A stretch of 64,000 bases of DNA. It comes from Anaerohalosphaeraceae bacterium. Lineage in GTDB: Bacteria; Planctomycetota; Phycisphaerae; Sedimentisphaerales; Anaerohalosphaeraceae. The stretch's first letter is position 1. The number at the start of each line of letters is the position of its first letter. The notes under the pieces were generated by a model. That model saw nothing but the letters and a program-made list of their open reading frames with translations. It did no database searches and had not been told where the DNA came from. The stretch lies in NCBI GenBank assembly GCA_050309605.1, contig JBNRMN010000010.1, forward strand, positions 8,936 to 72,935, written 5' to 3'. The translations under genes and the position numbers were made by a program. Shown in pieces: positions 40,625-49,662 of this stretch.

Positions 40625-42301
40625 TTACTCAATCAGAAGAACAGGTTCAGCAACGATCAGCCAGTCATTGTCAATGTCATCTCCGCCGTCGGTTGTCGTC
40701 AGCGTCAAAAACCTGTCCGTCGGTCCCAATTTCACAACAATTCGTTTGGTCTGTCGGCGGTTGTCCTGAACGTTGTAGTGTGCTCTGAGTTGTCCGTCCA
40801 CCAGAATCCACATATCGGCATCGGCATCTTTTCGGCCGGAGGCTTCCGATATACCCCATAATGCCGACAGCCCGGTAATTTGGGTGCCCGGCACATAACT
40901 GCGGATCACATCCAGGTCAAAGGTGATTCCGATGTTGGTGTGCAGCGTCAAAGCGGGTCGTCCGTTTGGCGTACCGAAAAGATGATTCTCCAAAATGGTA
41001 GGCCGCGCCCCTCGACGAATAAGACCGTCCTCGCTTTCGAATTCCGCCTGCTCAATGGATTCGGTCAGTATGGGCATAAACCACCGCCCGCTGGTGGGCG
41101 GGCATTCCTCAAACAGATGTCCCATTGACGATATCTGAACCGGACTGTCTGTTTTGTTGGGAACAAAAACGCCGTCAACTGCCGGTAATGCCGGAACGGG
41201 CAAATAGCGCGAAGAGTCGGAAACAAAGTACTCAAGCCGAGTGCTGCGGTTATGTTCAACGTGTCCGGTGACCGGATTGATCATACAGAACGGCGATTGG
41301 CTGCCGTCGCCGCGTCCGCCTTTGGCAATATCGACCAAATCCAGCGGCTCCCCCTTCCAGACAAATCCTTTCTCTGAAGAGATTTCGCGTATAAAACCGG
41401 TTGCGTTGTAGGGGATGGGGCGGACGGCAGCCCCGTCATACGATACCCGCATCGCAGTTTGTTCTTGTACCACCTGGCTGGATTCGCCTTTTCCTGTACC
41501 GGCGGCCAGATTGACCGACCCTTTCATCACGTGGACGGAGGTGGCGCCGCTGATATCCACCTGAACACCAAAGCTTGTACCAATATCGATCACGCGGGAG
41601 GTATATGAAGAAATCGTAAATCCCGACGCTTCCGGGGGAATCCGTGCAAACAATCGACCTTCATACAGCTTGATTTCATTGACGGAAATAATCTCAAATT
41701 TGGCCGGTGCTTCAGCAATGATGCGTGCGTCGTTATTGAACAGGAACTTGACCGTTCCTTTTTCAAGCACCACGGGGCCTTGTCGCGTCAGATACCGGCT
41801 GTTTTGTTCAAGCGACAAGCTCGCATTGCTCCACTGGGCTTCGATACTGTCTTCGAGGACGGCCACTTCCAGCGGTGCGAAATGGGCACAAACCGCCCAC
41901 AACACCAGCGCAGCAAAACTTGCGACAGCGGCTGCCAGTGAGGCGCGATTGACCTTTCGCGGGGGACGGGCCACTTTCTGAATCGGAACCGGCAACGGGC
42001 GGACGACAGGACGGGGCGTCTTAATAATGGCCGGTTCGGCGTGTTTTTCATCGTCGGCAAGCTGATGCAAGGCAACATTCAGGTAATCGACCACCTCTTT
42101 CGGGTTGTCAAGCTGAAGGTTGATTTCATTGGCATACAGATTTTTCAAAATGACCTGCATGTTGACATAGTCGAGGTAATACTTTCGGATGCAGGTATCG
42201 CTTCGCAACAGTGCATTAAGCTGAGCGACGCCTTCTTCCGTAATGATTCCCTCAATCGATTCGTGGACCAACAATCGCAGTTGGGACAGTTGTTCTATCA
42301 T
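40625..42301 (-). CDS. FecR-family anti-sigma factor with C-terminal NPCBM-like domain (module 2)
   Basis: TM segment LAAAVASFAALVLWAV; VIDIGTSFGV..SVHVMKGSV; LHTNIGITFDL...ILVDG...DRFLTLTTTDG...DWLIVAEPVL. Confidence 0.88.
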   Translation of the reverse strand: MIEQLSQLRLLVHESIEGIITEEGVAQLNALLRSDTCIRKYYLDYVNMQVILKNLYANEINLQLDNPKEVVDYLNVALHQLADDEKHAEPAIIKTPRPVVRPLPVPIQKVARPPRKVNRASLAAAVASFAALVLWAVCAHFAPLEVAVLEDSIEAQWSNASLSLEQNSRYLTRQGPVVLEKGTVKFLFNNDARIIAEAPAKFEIISVNEIKLYEGRLFARIPPEASGFTISSYTSRVIDIGTSFGVQVDISGATSVHVMKGSVNLAAGTGKGESSQVVQEQTAMRVSYDGAAVRPIPYNATGFIREISSEKGFVWKGEPLDLVDIAKGGRGDGSQSPFCMINPVTGHVEHNRSTRLEYFVSDSSRYLPVPALPAVDGVFVPNKTDSPVQISSMGHLFEECPPTSGRWFMPILTESIEQAEFESEDGLIRRGARPTILENHLFGTPNGRPALTLHTNIGITFDLDVIRSYVPGTQITGLSALWGISEASGRKDADADMWILVDGQLRAHYNVQDNRRQTKRIVVKLGPTDRFLTLTTTDGGDDIDNDWLIVAEPVLLIE

Positions 42302-42309
42302 AATTCGTG

Positions 42310-42846
42310 TTATCCAACTGATAAAATACGTTGAACACAGCCTAACAACAGGGCATTGAGTCGGGCGTTAACCCGATAGACAGCGGCCAGTGAAACGCCG
42401 ATTCGATGCGATATTTTTTTGGCTGTTAATCCCTCGGAATATTTTAATTTAAGAAAATCACGGTCTTTTTTAGGTAGTTTTTGGAGACACTGTCGAAGCG
42501 CACGTGTACGTTGTTCAGTGTCATCAAAAAGACGTTGACTGTCTTTTTCAAGAAGAGACAAGACGGTTTCATCTAATTGAAGATGTCTTGCCTTGTTTTT
42601 TCTTCGAAATTCCAAGATTTTATATTTTGCAATCGTAACGGCCCACGCTACAAAATCCGTACCATGTTTATAAGCGTCGAATTTTTGCCACATGGTCATG
42701 GTCGTTTCCTGCATAATATCCTCTGCATCCGATTCATTAGGGACCATGCAGAAGATAAACGAGTTGATGCGAGAACTGTTCGCGGCAAACAGACCGATAA
42801 AATCGGCTTTTTGGCCAAAGTCATCTTTTATTTCACTTTGATTCAT
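42310..42846 (-). CDS. ECF sigma-70 factor (module 2)
   Basis: DAEDIMQE...FVAWAVTIAKYKIL and ALRQCLQKLP..DRDFLKLKYSEG. Start is ATG 42846 or slightly upstream (ORF track 42870). Confidence 0.92.
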   Translation of the reverse strand: MNQSEIKDDFGQKADFIGLFAANSSRINSFIFCMVPNESDAEDIMQETTMTMWQKFDAYKHGTDFVAWAVTIAKYKILEFRRKNKARHLQLDETVLSLLEKDSQRLFDDTEQRTRALRQCLQKLPKKDRDFLKLKYSEGLTAKKISHRIGVSLAAVYRVNARLNALLLGCVQRILSVG

Positions 42847-43002
42847 AACAGAAATTCGTGCCATACCCAATCAACCAAAATGCCAGGGAGAGAATTTAAC
42901 CGTGAACCTAATAAGCAATGATAGGGGGTGCTAAATTTTTTCAAAATAATACAAGACAAAGTTTACCCTTTCTTCAAACAAAGGCATAAGCGGAACGTGT
43001 TT

Positions 43003-46000
43003 TTACCAAGCATCCACTGAAAGCGGATCAACCGTGTAGAGGGCCTCATTCAAAGCCGACCACTGCCCTCCTGATAAGGCACGTGCTTTGACGGTTTGTG
43101 TTTCGGTCAAGGCGATAGGACCGGCATACACCATTGCTTCGGGGCAAACTTCGCCACCCGGACGTCGCGGATCGGGTCCGTCGAGGGTAAACCAAATCAC
43201 GGCTCCGGGCACGGATGATTCCATCGTCAGTTCGGCCCCGGAGGGGATTGGTCCGTCGTGTCGGGCTGTGCCGTTGATGTGGAAAACAGGGGCGTCAACG
43301 GATGGATACAATCCGTAATGGATCAATTGCTGCAGGACAATACCGGGGCGCTGAGGTAAATAGGTCATCAGAATATAATCACGTTCCGTCCGCCAATGGG
43401 CCTGTGTCCATGGTGTTGTCGCATGTTGATCGCCCCAACGGGCCGATTCCGCAACGATGGCCGATTCAACCTGGTCGGCCAGATCTCGGTATAAGGCCGA
43501 GGCCGAATCAGTCGTCATGACTCCGTTATTAAACAGGTGCTTATGAGCGTGGTCACCAAATCGAAGACGGTATTCGGTGTTGGACATCAGCCGATTATGA
43601 AGTCGTCCGAGTGTTCGGTCGTTGGTATAAACCTTGCCGATCATATCCAGTGTCACCGGGGAACGCGGGGAGTTCAGAATATCTTCAATGTCCCAGCAGT
43701 AAAACTTAAAACCGGTGCTGCCGTCAAGCCGATAGCGCCCGAACCAGTAATTGTTGTCATTCCAGCCCCAATCCTGATTGCCGGTCCAGAAGTTCACCAG
43801 CATATAGTTAATAAAATTATCCATATCCAGCAGAACAGCAAGGGCGGGATTGCGTGTGCCGTCGGCGTTGCACCCCTGAAGTTTCCAATAAGCGTCGTTG
43901 GAAAGAATGGTTGTATCGCGCGGGTTATGGTAGTCAGCGGTCTCCAGCATCTGATTGAGAGCGTCTCGTGTCCCTTCACTCAGCTCGTAGTTTTTATGTT
44001 TGAAGACATCCCATTCTCGTTTCTCTCCGCCGTAATACGCGGCTGAAAACGCGGCGTCAGGGCGCTCCACCAGATTATACAATCCCCAGTAAAGTCCGTT
44101 GACATAAAGATGAACGAAAATGCCGTGCGCCGCGGCCGCACCGTGGTCGCTTCCCGCCGCGGCCTGCAACCGACGTCCGAATTCATCCCGGATATACTGC
44201 GCTTTGCCGCCCATCGAAGCCCAGGAGTAGCCGTCATTCCCCTGGGCGCGGAGGACAAGGGTGTTGTGGCGGGTCGCCGCCTCTTGATCGTACTCAAAAA
44301 ACGGAAAATCCAGCGCACCAGGACCGTATTCGCGTTTGAACAGCAGCCGGAAAGAATGTTTGGCCGTGGCGCTTGGCCGACGAAAATAGCCGCCCTGAAT
44401 ACGAAGACCGCAGTTGACCTGAAGTTTCTTGTCGGAGTCGGTTTCAAAGTATTCCATCGACGCGGGAACTTCCCATAGCGGTAACCCGTCATCGACTGGA
44501 ATGGCGGTTTGTGTTGGATTGGCATAAATTCCGTAAGACGGATCAAACAGATTGCCCTGATCGGTAACCAGCGAGATGACCGGCAGCGATTGCAGCGACT
44601 CGACCATCTGCCCGCTGTAGTTCGGATGCTCCACGATGCGGGGATCCATTTCATAGTCGGCCGCGTAACTGGTATTCGACACATCTTTCCAAACCGCGGG
44701 AAAACCGTCGGGAAGTGTCGGCTGATGGATGACATCGGCCGGAAAAATGTATGTATGGGTTTCAATGTCGGATGACAAATAACCGCTTTTGACCGCGACC
44801 GCTCGCAGACACGTGGTTCGAGTAATCGGAACTGGTCCGGAATACAGGATGCCGTCTTCAGGCGTTGGCCTGCCGCCGTCGATGGTGTAATAAATGGCGG
44901 CCTCCTGTGTTTTGGTGGATAAGAGGACGTCAAATGGCTGGTCGTAATAGCCGCGGGAATGACTGAACTGAATCTTCTCGACGCGCCCCGGAAAGGCATG
45001 CGGGCTGTTGACTTGCCCCGGTGTAGGCTGCTTGAAATAGCCCGACGGCCCGCATTCGGCGACCACGCCGATCAGTTCAACATCCATTAAAAAATCCTCG
45101 TCGTCCGCTGACATATTCAATCCATGAATCGCCAGTACATTCCGACCTTCACGCAGCAAATACGCGTAGGGCGTCAGGTTGATCGTTTCATACAAAATGG
45201 CCTGTGGTTTGGGGTTCTCGGCGGTTGACGCTGCGTTCCAAAGGGACGGATTCCAGACCAGATCCGCCGGCGCATTTCGGCGGGCTGCCAGAACGCCGTT
45301 CAAATAAACCGCAAAGCCATCGTCATAGCGTGCCTTGAGATACAAAAAATCGAAGGGGCGTTCGGTTGCAACGGTGAACGGAATTCGCAAAAAGATCGAA
45401 CTGTTTCTGTGCTGCATGGCGTTGCGCACGTTCGTCTCAATCAGTGAAGAATAGGTATTGTTCAGCGACGCACTTGCGAGAACGTCCACTTCCGCCAGTG
45501 TCAGTGTGTTGCGGTCGCTGTTGCTGCCCGGATCATCGGGATCGGCGGTGCGATGCACGCGCACGATACCGCCGAGTATCGGTTCCGATGAAAAATCCAC
45601 CGAAAGAAACGTCGGGTCATTCAGGATGTTGTGAGGGTTCAGCAACTCGGAGACATAGATATCGGTAGTGTCCTCCGGGTCGCGAATCGAGACGGTAATA
45701 TCACGAAGCCGTGCCCAGCAGCAGTTCAGACGGTTATAAAGGACAATCTCCGAAATATAATACGCGCCGCCCAGGTTCACCTGCCAGGTCGAGTTTGTAT
45801 CCCAACCGGCGGTATGACTAAATGTATTCAGCAGGCCATCGACGGCGTTTGAGGCAGGGTAACTTACGCTGTAGTCAGACGATTGCGCCGCCGGTTTGCC
45901 AAGGGCGAGATTTTCTGGTGTTGCGCCCCATCCGCTTGCATCGTATCCCACGCCCATGACAGCGCTGTCCCAATGGGCGTCATCAAAGGATACCGTGTGC

Positions 46001-46713
46001 CAGCCAGCCGGCAAATCAGCCGCCCCGGCGGGAACCCGGTAACGACAGAATGCGCCGCTCGTAACGAGGGTATCGCTGTGTCCGGTAATCGGAACGCCGT
46101 AAGACATATCTGTAAACTGTTCGGGGAATTCGGGTTTGTACTCATGGACAATCGTCTTTCCGTCCGGTTTGACCAGTGCCAAATATTCCCCTTCTTTATC
46201 AAGTGCAAAATTGGTATGAAGCGGCCCGGACGGGTCCCGCCGATCTTTGCCGGAGGCCAGAACAACCATGACATCCCCGGCGTCGATGCTTATGCTTGGA
46301 AACATCCACTTTGTCAGATTGCCCGCTTTGTCGGTCAAATACCAGCCGTGCAGATTCACCGGCCCGGCCGTCATATTGTACAACTCAATCCAGTCGGACG
46401 CATCGCCGTCCTCATCCTGGAGATCATTTTTGTTCGAAGCCAAAAACTCGCTGATGATCAGCCGATTGACCTTTTTTTGCCAGTTTTCGGAAAGATGATG
46501 ATAATCGTGTAAATCGACTATCCGATCTTGATTGATGTCCGCCTCAGGGCCGTCGGTAAGCCATTGTTCAGCCATCAGGGCCAAATCCGCCATATCGACT
46601 CGACAATCCTTATTCACGTCTCCGAGCGGACAAATCGCCCCACTCGTGCACCATGAAAAATGGAACAATGTGACCATGAAACAGACATAGCCAATATGAC
46701 GATAGCATTTCAT
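43003..46713 (-). CDS. Secreted dockerin-like + lamin-tail domain + F-type lectin + CotH kinase-like multidomain protein
   Basis: CPLGDVNKDCRVD (dockerin-like); LIISEFLASN...DWIELYN (LTD); NLALGKP...RLNCCWAR; FSHSRGYY; CotH KHSFRL, VHLYVNGLYWGLYNLVE, NQDW, WDIE, AESARWGD. ATG 46713 preferred. Confidence 0.85.
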   Translation of the reverse strand: MKCYRHIGYVCFMVTLFHFSWCTSGAICPLGDVNKDCRVDMADLALMAEQWLTDGPEADINQDRIVDLHDYHHLSENWQKKVNRLIISEFLASNKNDLQDEDGDASDWIELYNMTAGPVNLHGWYLTDKAGNLTKWMFPSISIDAGDVMVVLASGKDRRDPSGPLHTNFALDKEGEYLALVKPDGKTIVHEYKPEFPEQFTDMSYGVPITGHSDTLVTSGAFCRYRVPAGAADLPAGWHTVSFDDAHWDSAVMGVGYDASGWGATPENLALGKPAAQSSDYSVSYPASNAVDGLLNTFSHTAGWDTNSTWQVNLGGAYYISEIVLYNRLNCCWARLRDITVSIRDPEDTTDIYVSELLNPHNILNDPTFLSVDFSSEPILGGIVRVHRTADPDDPGSNSDRNTLTLAEVDVLASASLNNTYSSLIETNVRNAMQHRNSSIFLRIPFTVATERPFDFLYLKARYDDGFAVYLNGVLAARRNAPADLVWNPSLWNAASTAENPKPQAILYETINLTPYAYLLREGRNVLAIHGLNMSADDEDFLMDVELIGVVAECGPSGYFKQPTPGQVNSPHAFPGRVEKIQFSHSRGYYDQPFDVLLSTKTQEAAIYYTIDGGRPTPEDGILYSGPVPITRTTCLRAVAVKSGYLSSDIETHTYIFPADVIHQPTLPDGFPAVWKDVSNTSYAADYEMDPRIVEHPNYSGQMVESLQSLPVISLVTDQGNLFDPSYGIYANPTQTAIPVDDGLPLWEVPASMEYFETDSDKKLQVNCGLRIQGGYFRRPSATAKHSFRLLFKREYGPGALDFPFFEYDQEAATRHNTLVLRAQGNDGYSWASMGGKAQYIRDEFGRRLQAAAGSDHGAAAAHGIFVHLYVNGLYWGLYNLVERPDAAFSAAYYGGEKREWDVFKHKNYELSEGTRDALNQMLETADYHNPRDTTILSNDAYWKLQGCNADGTRNPALAVLLDMDNFINYMLVNFWTGNQDWGWNDNNYWFGRYRLDGSTGFKFYCWDIEDILNSPRSPVTLDMIGKVYTNDRTLGRLHNRLMSNTEYRLRFGDHAHKHLFNNGVMTTDSASALYRDLADQVESAIVAESARWGDQHATTPWTQAHWRTERDYILMTYLPQRPGIVLQQLIHYGLYPSVDAPVFHINGTARHDGPIPSGAELTMESSVPGAVIWFTLDGPDPRRPGGEVCPEAMVYAGPIALTETQTVKARALSGGQWSALNEALYTVDPLSVDAW

Positions 46714-46784
46714 AATTCTTGTCTCGCAACATAGGGAACATCGCCCATCAGTCAATCGCAAATAATGACAGCCTCTCGATATGG

Positions 46785-46811
46785 ATTTCCCGTAAAACAC
46801 TATTTCTTTCA
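46785..46811 (-). promoter_or_regulatory. Variant promoter TGAAAG-N15-GGAAAT
   Basis: Shares the extended context ACTTCAAAA..TGAAAGAAAT..GTTTTA with the element at 48774-48814. Confidence 0.4.
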
Positions 46812-46987
46812 CGAACTTTTTGAAGTCAATCGTTTTTAATCCGGAACAGATGGAAAACCAGACAATATCTTACTTAAAGAAGGAGTAAAAACTTAAGGTC
46901 GAGATATTTTGTACGGCTGCGACAGCAGGGGGGCGAAAGCCGTTTAATATCATTTTTGGAAAGCTGTTTTCAGTATTGAAAACGCAG

Positions 46988-48733
46988 TCATCTAAAGGTT
47001 AAGAAATGGACTGCATCAGGCAGCAATGGGCTATCATAATAGCTCAAATAAGGTTCATGTTGGTCGGATTTCGAAAAACGAATTTTCGAATCATAACCGG
47101 ACGAACGTACGCCGGTCCCCGTGATGCGCCCTGCCGGGGGCGGGGCGTTTGAGATGTATTTGACATGTTCTGAGTCGGAAACGGTATAGGGTCCGGCGCT
47201 GTCGTTGATCAGGGTATCCTCAAAGGTAACATTCTCGCAATATTTGACGGTACAGCCATTGCCGGCGTTGATGTGAACGTTCTTAAACACAACATCCTGA
47301 ATGCGGCTTTCGGGCAGCCCGGTACACTGAATGGCGGTTCTTACTCCGCCTTCTGACCGGATGTTCTCATAACGAATATTTCTGAATACAGGCGGTCTCG
47401 GCGCCGGTGTACCATCATTATTGACACTGTAATCCATTGTCAGTCGAATGCCGAGCCGCATTCGGGACAGGGTAATATCCCGAAACACAATGTTTTCCAC
47501 CGTCCCGCCGCGAACGACGTTGGATTTAATATCCAGACCTTCCCAGGAGATTCCGCTGATTGTGCAGTCGGAAACAAACACGTTTCTGACGCCGCCGGAC
47601 ATTTCACTTCCGATGACAATGCCCCCCATCGATCCATCAATCACATTATCGGTAATCCGGATGTCCGTTGATGGTCTGCCAACCTCATATCCAATCAGGT
47701 TTTTACCCGATTTTACGGCGATGGAATCGTCTCCCGTTTTGAAATAATTATCGAAAATATAGACATGGCTGGACGAATCAATGCCGATGCCGTCTCCGTT
47801 CCTGATCCGGTATTCCGGATTTCGGGAGATGACTTTTAACTGGCTGAATGTCAGCTTTTTGCTGTAAATCGCGTGGTTGGTCCAGCCCGGTCCATAACTG
47901 AGGGTCAGTCCATGGACATAGACATCTTCTGTGTTGATTAAGTGAATCAAACGTCCGCGAGATCGAATGCCCGCTTCACGTGCCTGAGCGCGGTCCAAAA
48001 CACCCCCTGACCCATCAATGGTTCCCTGTCCGATAATTTTTATGTTGAATACATTGGGCGGGCCGTGGGTATCACGCTGGCCGGCATTTAACAGGCTTGC
48101 AAAACACATCAAGTCCCATCCTTCAAAACGCGATTCAATAAAGGGTTTATAGTCGTCCAGATTGGTCGTGCCCTTGAGTGTGCCTCCCTCAGCGACGTTA
48201 AGCGTCATATTGCTTTTCAGAAACAACGCTCCGCTCAAAAAAGTGCCTTTCGGGATCAATACCGTTCCCCCTTCGGTGCAGGCGTCGATTGCCTTTTGGA
48301 TGGCTTGGGTATTGACGGTTTCCCCGTCGCCGACAGCACCGTATCGGGTAATATCGAATATCTCCCCCTTCGGTTCAGTTGTGACCTGTAGCGCATGACT
48401 CGCGGCAGAAAGTACGCCGCTTGTGTCTTTTGATTTTACTGTAAACGTATAGGAAGTGTCGGGTTCAAGCCCTGTCACATTGAAGCCGCCTTTGGTTGTT
48501 TCACCAATCAGCTTGCCATCCTGATAGATACAGTAACTGGAAAAGGATGCTTGAACCCAATTGTCCGGCTTGTCCCAGAGCAGCAGAATCATTGAATCCG
48601 TCACGGCCGCCGGCGGAGACATTAGGTTTTGAGGGGGAACAAGAGTGTCTGCATTGAGATTGCCCGCAATGACAGAACCAAGGATGGTTCCCGTTACTGC
48701 CAGTATGAGTAATGACGATTGTCTTTTCAGCAT
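46988..48733 (-). CDS. GH28 exo-poly-alpha-galacturonosidase-like enzyme with N-terminal FN3 domain
   Basis: FN3 (LLWDKP...GLEPDTSYTFTV), YGAVGDG..NTQAIQKAID, SGALFLKSN, NGDGI, GDDSIAVKSG, IGSEMSGG. ATG 48733 follows GGAAAGGA. Confidence 0.9.
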   Translation of the reverse strand: MLKRQSSLLILAVTGTILGSVIAGNLNADTLVPPQNLMSPPAAVTDSMILLLWDKPDNWVQASFSSYCIYQDGKLIGETTKGGFNVTGLEPDTSYTFTVKSKDTSGVLSAASHALQVTTEPKGEIFDITRYGAVGDGETVNTQAIQKAIDACTEGGTVLIPKGTFLSGALFLKSNMTLNVAEGGTLKGTTNLDDYKPFIESRFEGWDLMCFASLLNAGQRDTHGPPNVFNIKIIGQGTIDGSGGVLDRAQAREAGIRSRGRLIHLINTEDVYVHGLTLSYGPGWTNHAIYSKKLTFSQLKVISRNPEYRIRNGDGIGIDSSSHVYIFDNYFKTGDDSIAVKSGKNLIGYEVGRPSTDIRITDNVIDGSMGGIVIGSEMSGGVRNVFVSDCTISGISWEGLDIKSNVVRGGTVENIVFRDITLSRMRLGIRLTMDYSVNNDGTPAPRPPVFRNIRYENIRSEGGVRTAIQCTGLPESRIQDVVFKNVHINAGNGCTVKYCENVTFEDTLINDSAGPYTVSDSEHVKYISNAPPPAGRITGTGVRSSGYDSKIRFSKSDQHEPYLSYYDSPLLPDAVHFLTFR

Positions 48734-48773
48734 TGTAATCATCCTTTCCAAACAGTGTCGGTTTATTATTGAC

Positions 48774-48801
48774 TGTTCGCATAAAACGGGAATTTCTTTC
48801 A
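48774..48801 (-). promoter_or_regulatory. Putative ECF-type promoter TGAAAG-N16-CGAACA
   Basis: Near-identical -10 context to 664 (TTATGCGAAcAgtCAATAATAA versus TTATGCGAAtACAATAATAA). Confidence 0.65.
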
Positions 48802-49058
48802 ATAATTTTGAAGTTCGAATTAGTTTTTGACTCGCCCACGTCACAACAGGTGGATCGTCCGGACTTTTGCTTTCGGCTGAACGGCATCGGACGGCGTGCG
48901 GATACTGATTGTCTTAGATGAGGTGCGGTTTTATCTACATTAGTGTGTCCTTGGGTTTCTTGTGCCTGTTTCTCCAATATCAGAGGACATTATTGATGCC
49001 AAGAATCTGAACATTTTTCCTTCGGCTCACAAAAAAAGCGTGCAATTTCAGGAAATCC

Positions 49059-49086
49059 TGAAAGAATCTCAGCCTTTCTGAGAATA
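49059..49086 (+). promoter_or_regulatory. Putative ECF-type promoter TGAAAG-N16-AGAATA
   Basis: Same spacing as the other sites; about 40 nt upstream of the module-3 sigma start. Confidence 0.55.
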
Positions 49087-49125
49087 TAGCAGTAAATCAA
49101 ACGCGCTTTTGCGGAGTTAAAGATA

Positions 49126-49662
49126 TTGGATAATCAAGAGAACACGAAATCATTGACCCTGAACTGGACCTCGGCACAGCCGACGGTCCTGGCGTATATC
49201 TCATCCATGGTGCCTAATTTTCAGGATGCTGAGGATATCCTGCAAACCGTTGCGTTGACCATTGCGGAAAAGTACGATACGTTTGACCCGTCTTGTTCCT
49301 TTCTTTCGTGGGCGCTGGGCATTGCACAAAATAAAATTTATGATTATTTCCGAAAACAGTCGAAACAGCGTAAAATTAAAATACTGGACACCCACACCGT
49401 AGCTCAAATCGCCGAGATTTTTGAAAAAGAAAGCTCTCATCTTAACGAGATGCGCTACGCATTGGAATTTTGTCTTGGCAAACTGTCAGGGCATTGGCGG
49501 CAGATTCTTGAATTGCGGTACATTCGGGAGTTGAGCACCCAGCGCATCGCCCAGCAGTTAGGGATGTCCAAAAACGCAATTTTCATCACCCTCCATCGTG
49601 TCCGCATAGCCTTGCAGGAGTGCATTCAAAAACGATTGTCCGCGGAGCGAAATCCTCTATGA
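49126..49662 (+). CDS. ECF sigma-70 factor (module 3)
   Basis: TTG start after GGAG; DAEDILQ...FLSWALGIAQNKI and LELRYIRE...LHRVRIALQECI. Close paralog of 3252. Confidence 0.92.
   Translation: MDNQENTKSLTLNWTSAQPTVLAYISSMVPNFQDAEDILQTVALTIAEKYDTFDPSCSFLSWALGIAQNKIYDYFRKQSKQRKIKILDTHTVAQIAEIFEKESSHLNEMRYALEFCLGKLSGHWRQILELRYIRELSTQRIAQQLGMSKNAIFITLHRVRIALQECIQKRLSAERNPL

Noticed and set aside
42310..43000. Visibly AT-richer sequence in and around the module-2 sigma gene, as possible horizontal transfer
   Set aside because: The other sigma genes and intergenic regions are also AT-richer, and no integrase, transposase, tRNA or flanking direct repeats are visible.
43003..46713. CotH as evidence for sporulation
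   Set aside because: CotH-fold proteins are widespread in non-sporulating bacteria, and no other sporulation genes are present.
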